This document shows positions 63,923-64,000 of a stretch of DNA of 64,000 nt, one piece after another. A model generated the notes under the pieces. That model saw only the letters and a list, made by a program, of their open reading frames with translations, was not told the DNA's origin and did not search any database. The DNA is from Paecilomyces variotii (taxonomy: Eukaryota). A program made the position numbers and the translations under genes. Numbering within the stretch: position 1 is the first letter of the stretch; each line of letters opens with the position of its first letter. The stretch lies in assembly GCA_004022145.1 (NCBI GenBank), contig RCNU01000005.1; one strand, 5' to 3'.

Positions 63923-64000
63923 CGTGCGCGAAAAGACTAAGGAGAGAAGAGACGTCTGAGAAAGTCGATCGTGTTCGCAACTCGAGCTCCGGACGTCGTC

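Noticed and set aside
1..64000. CRISPR array, rRNA, intact transposon or secondary-metabolite cluster (P450 + Zn2Cys6 factor)
   Set aside because: Fungal nuclear DNA with no repeat-spacer array, transposase, reverse transcriptase or PKS/NRPS/terpene synthase backbone gene in the window.

Overview
Eukaryotic, intron-rich DNA from a filamentous ascomycete. GT-AG introns with CTAAC branch points and the gene content point to a Eurotiales-type mould; the species cannot be fixed from this window. It holds 18 recognisable protein-coding genes: biotin ligase (3' part), a hypothetical protein, TANGO2/NRDE, HVA22/Yop1-like, eIF4G, a USP-domain protein, Ecm13-like, alternative oxidase, a Gfo/Idh/MocA oxidoreductase, Sld3, SAM synthetase, GPN3, Apq12, ferric reductase, a long coiled-coil protein, cytochrome P450, a Zn2Cys6 factor and V-ATPase subunit H. 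Features that the ORF track hides: (1) a candidate minus-strand structured ncRNA (H/ACA-like) divergent from eIF4G; (2) a 183-nt stop-free, in-frame intron in eIF4G, plus a ~740-nt AUG-free stretch upstream of its start; (3) a G-U-supported stem-loop cluster downstream of the SAM synthetase stop, and a perfect CYS3/MetR palindrome in its promoter; (4) a block at ~26-33 kb in which only decayed genes are recognisable (MFS transporter, alpha/beta hydrolase, NACHT NLR-like gene); (5) a decayed tandem paralog at 2.4-3.1 kb; (6) single-base lesions in two adjacent genes (P450 acceptor reads CGG; HRI1 has an in-frame TAA); (7) SreA motifs upstream of the ferric reductase and an AcuK/AcuM-type motif upstream of aox. 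No rRNA, tRNA, CRISPR array or intact transposon was seen. Exon boundaries were read by eye and no database search was run.
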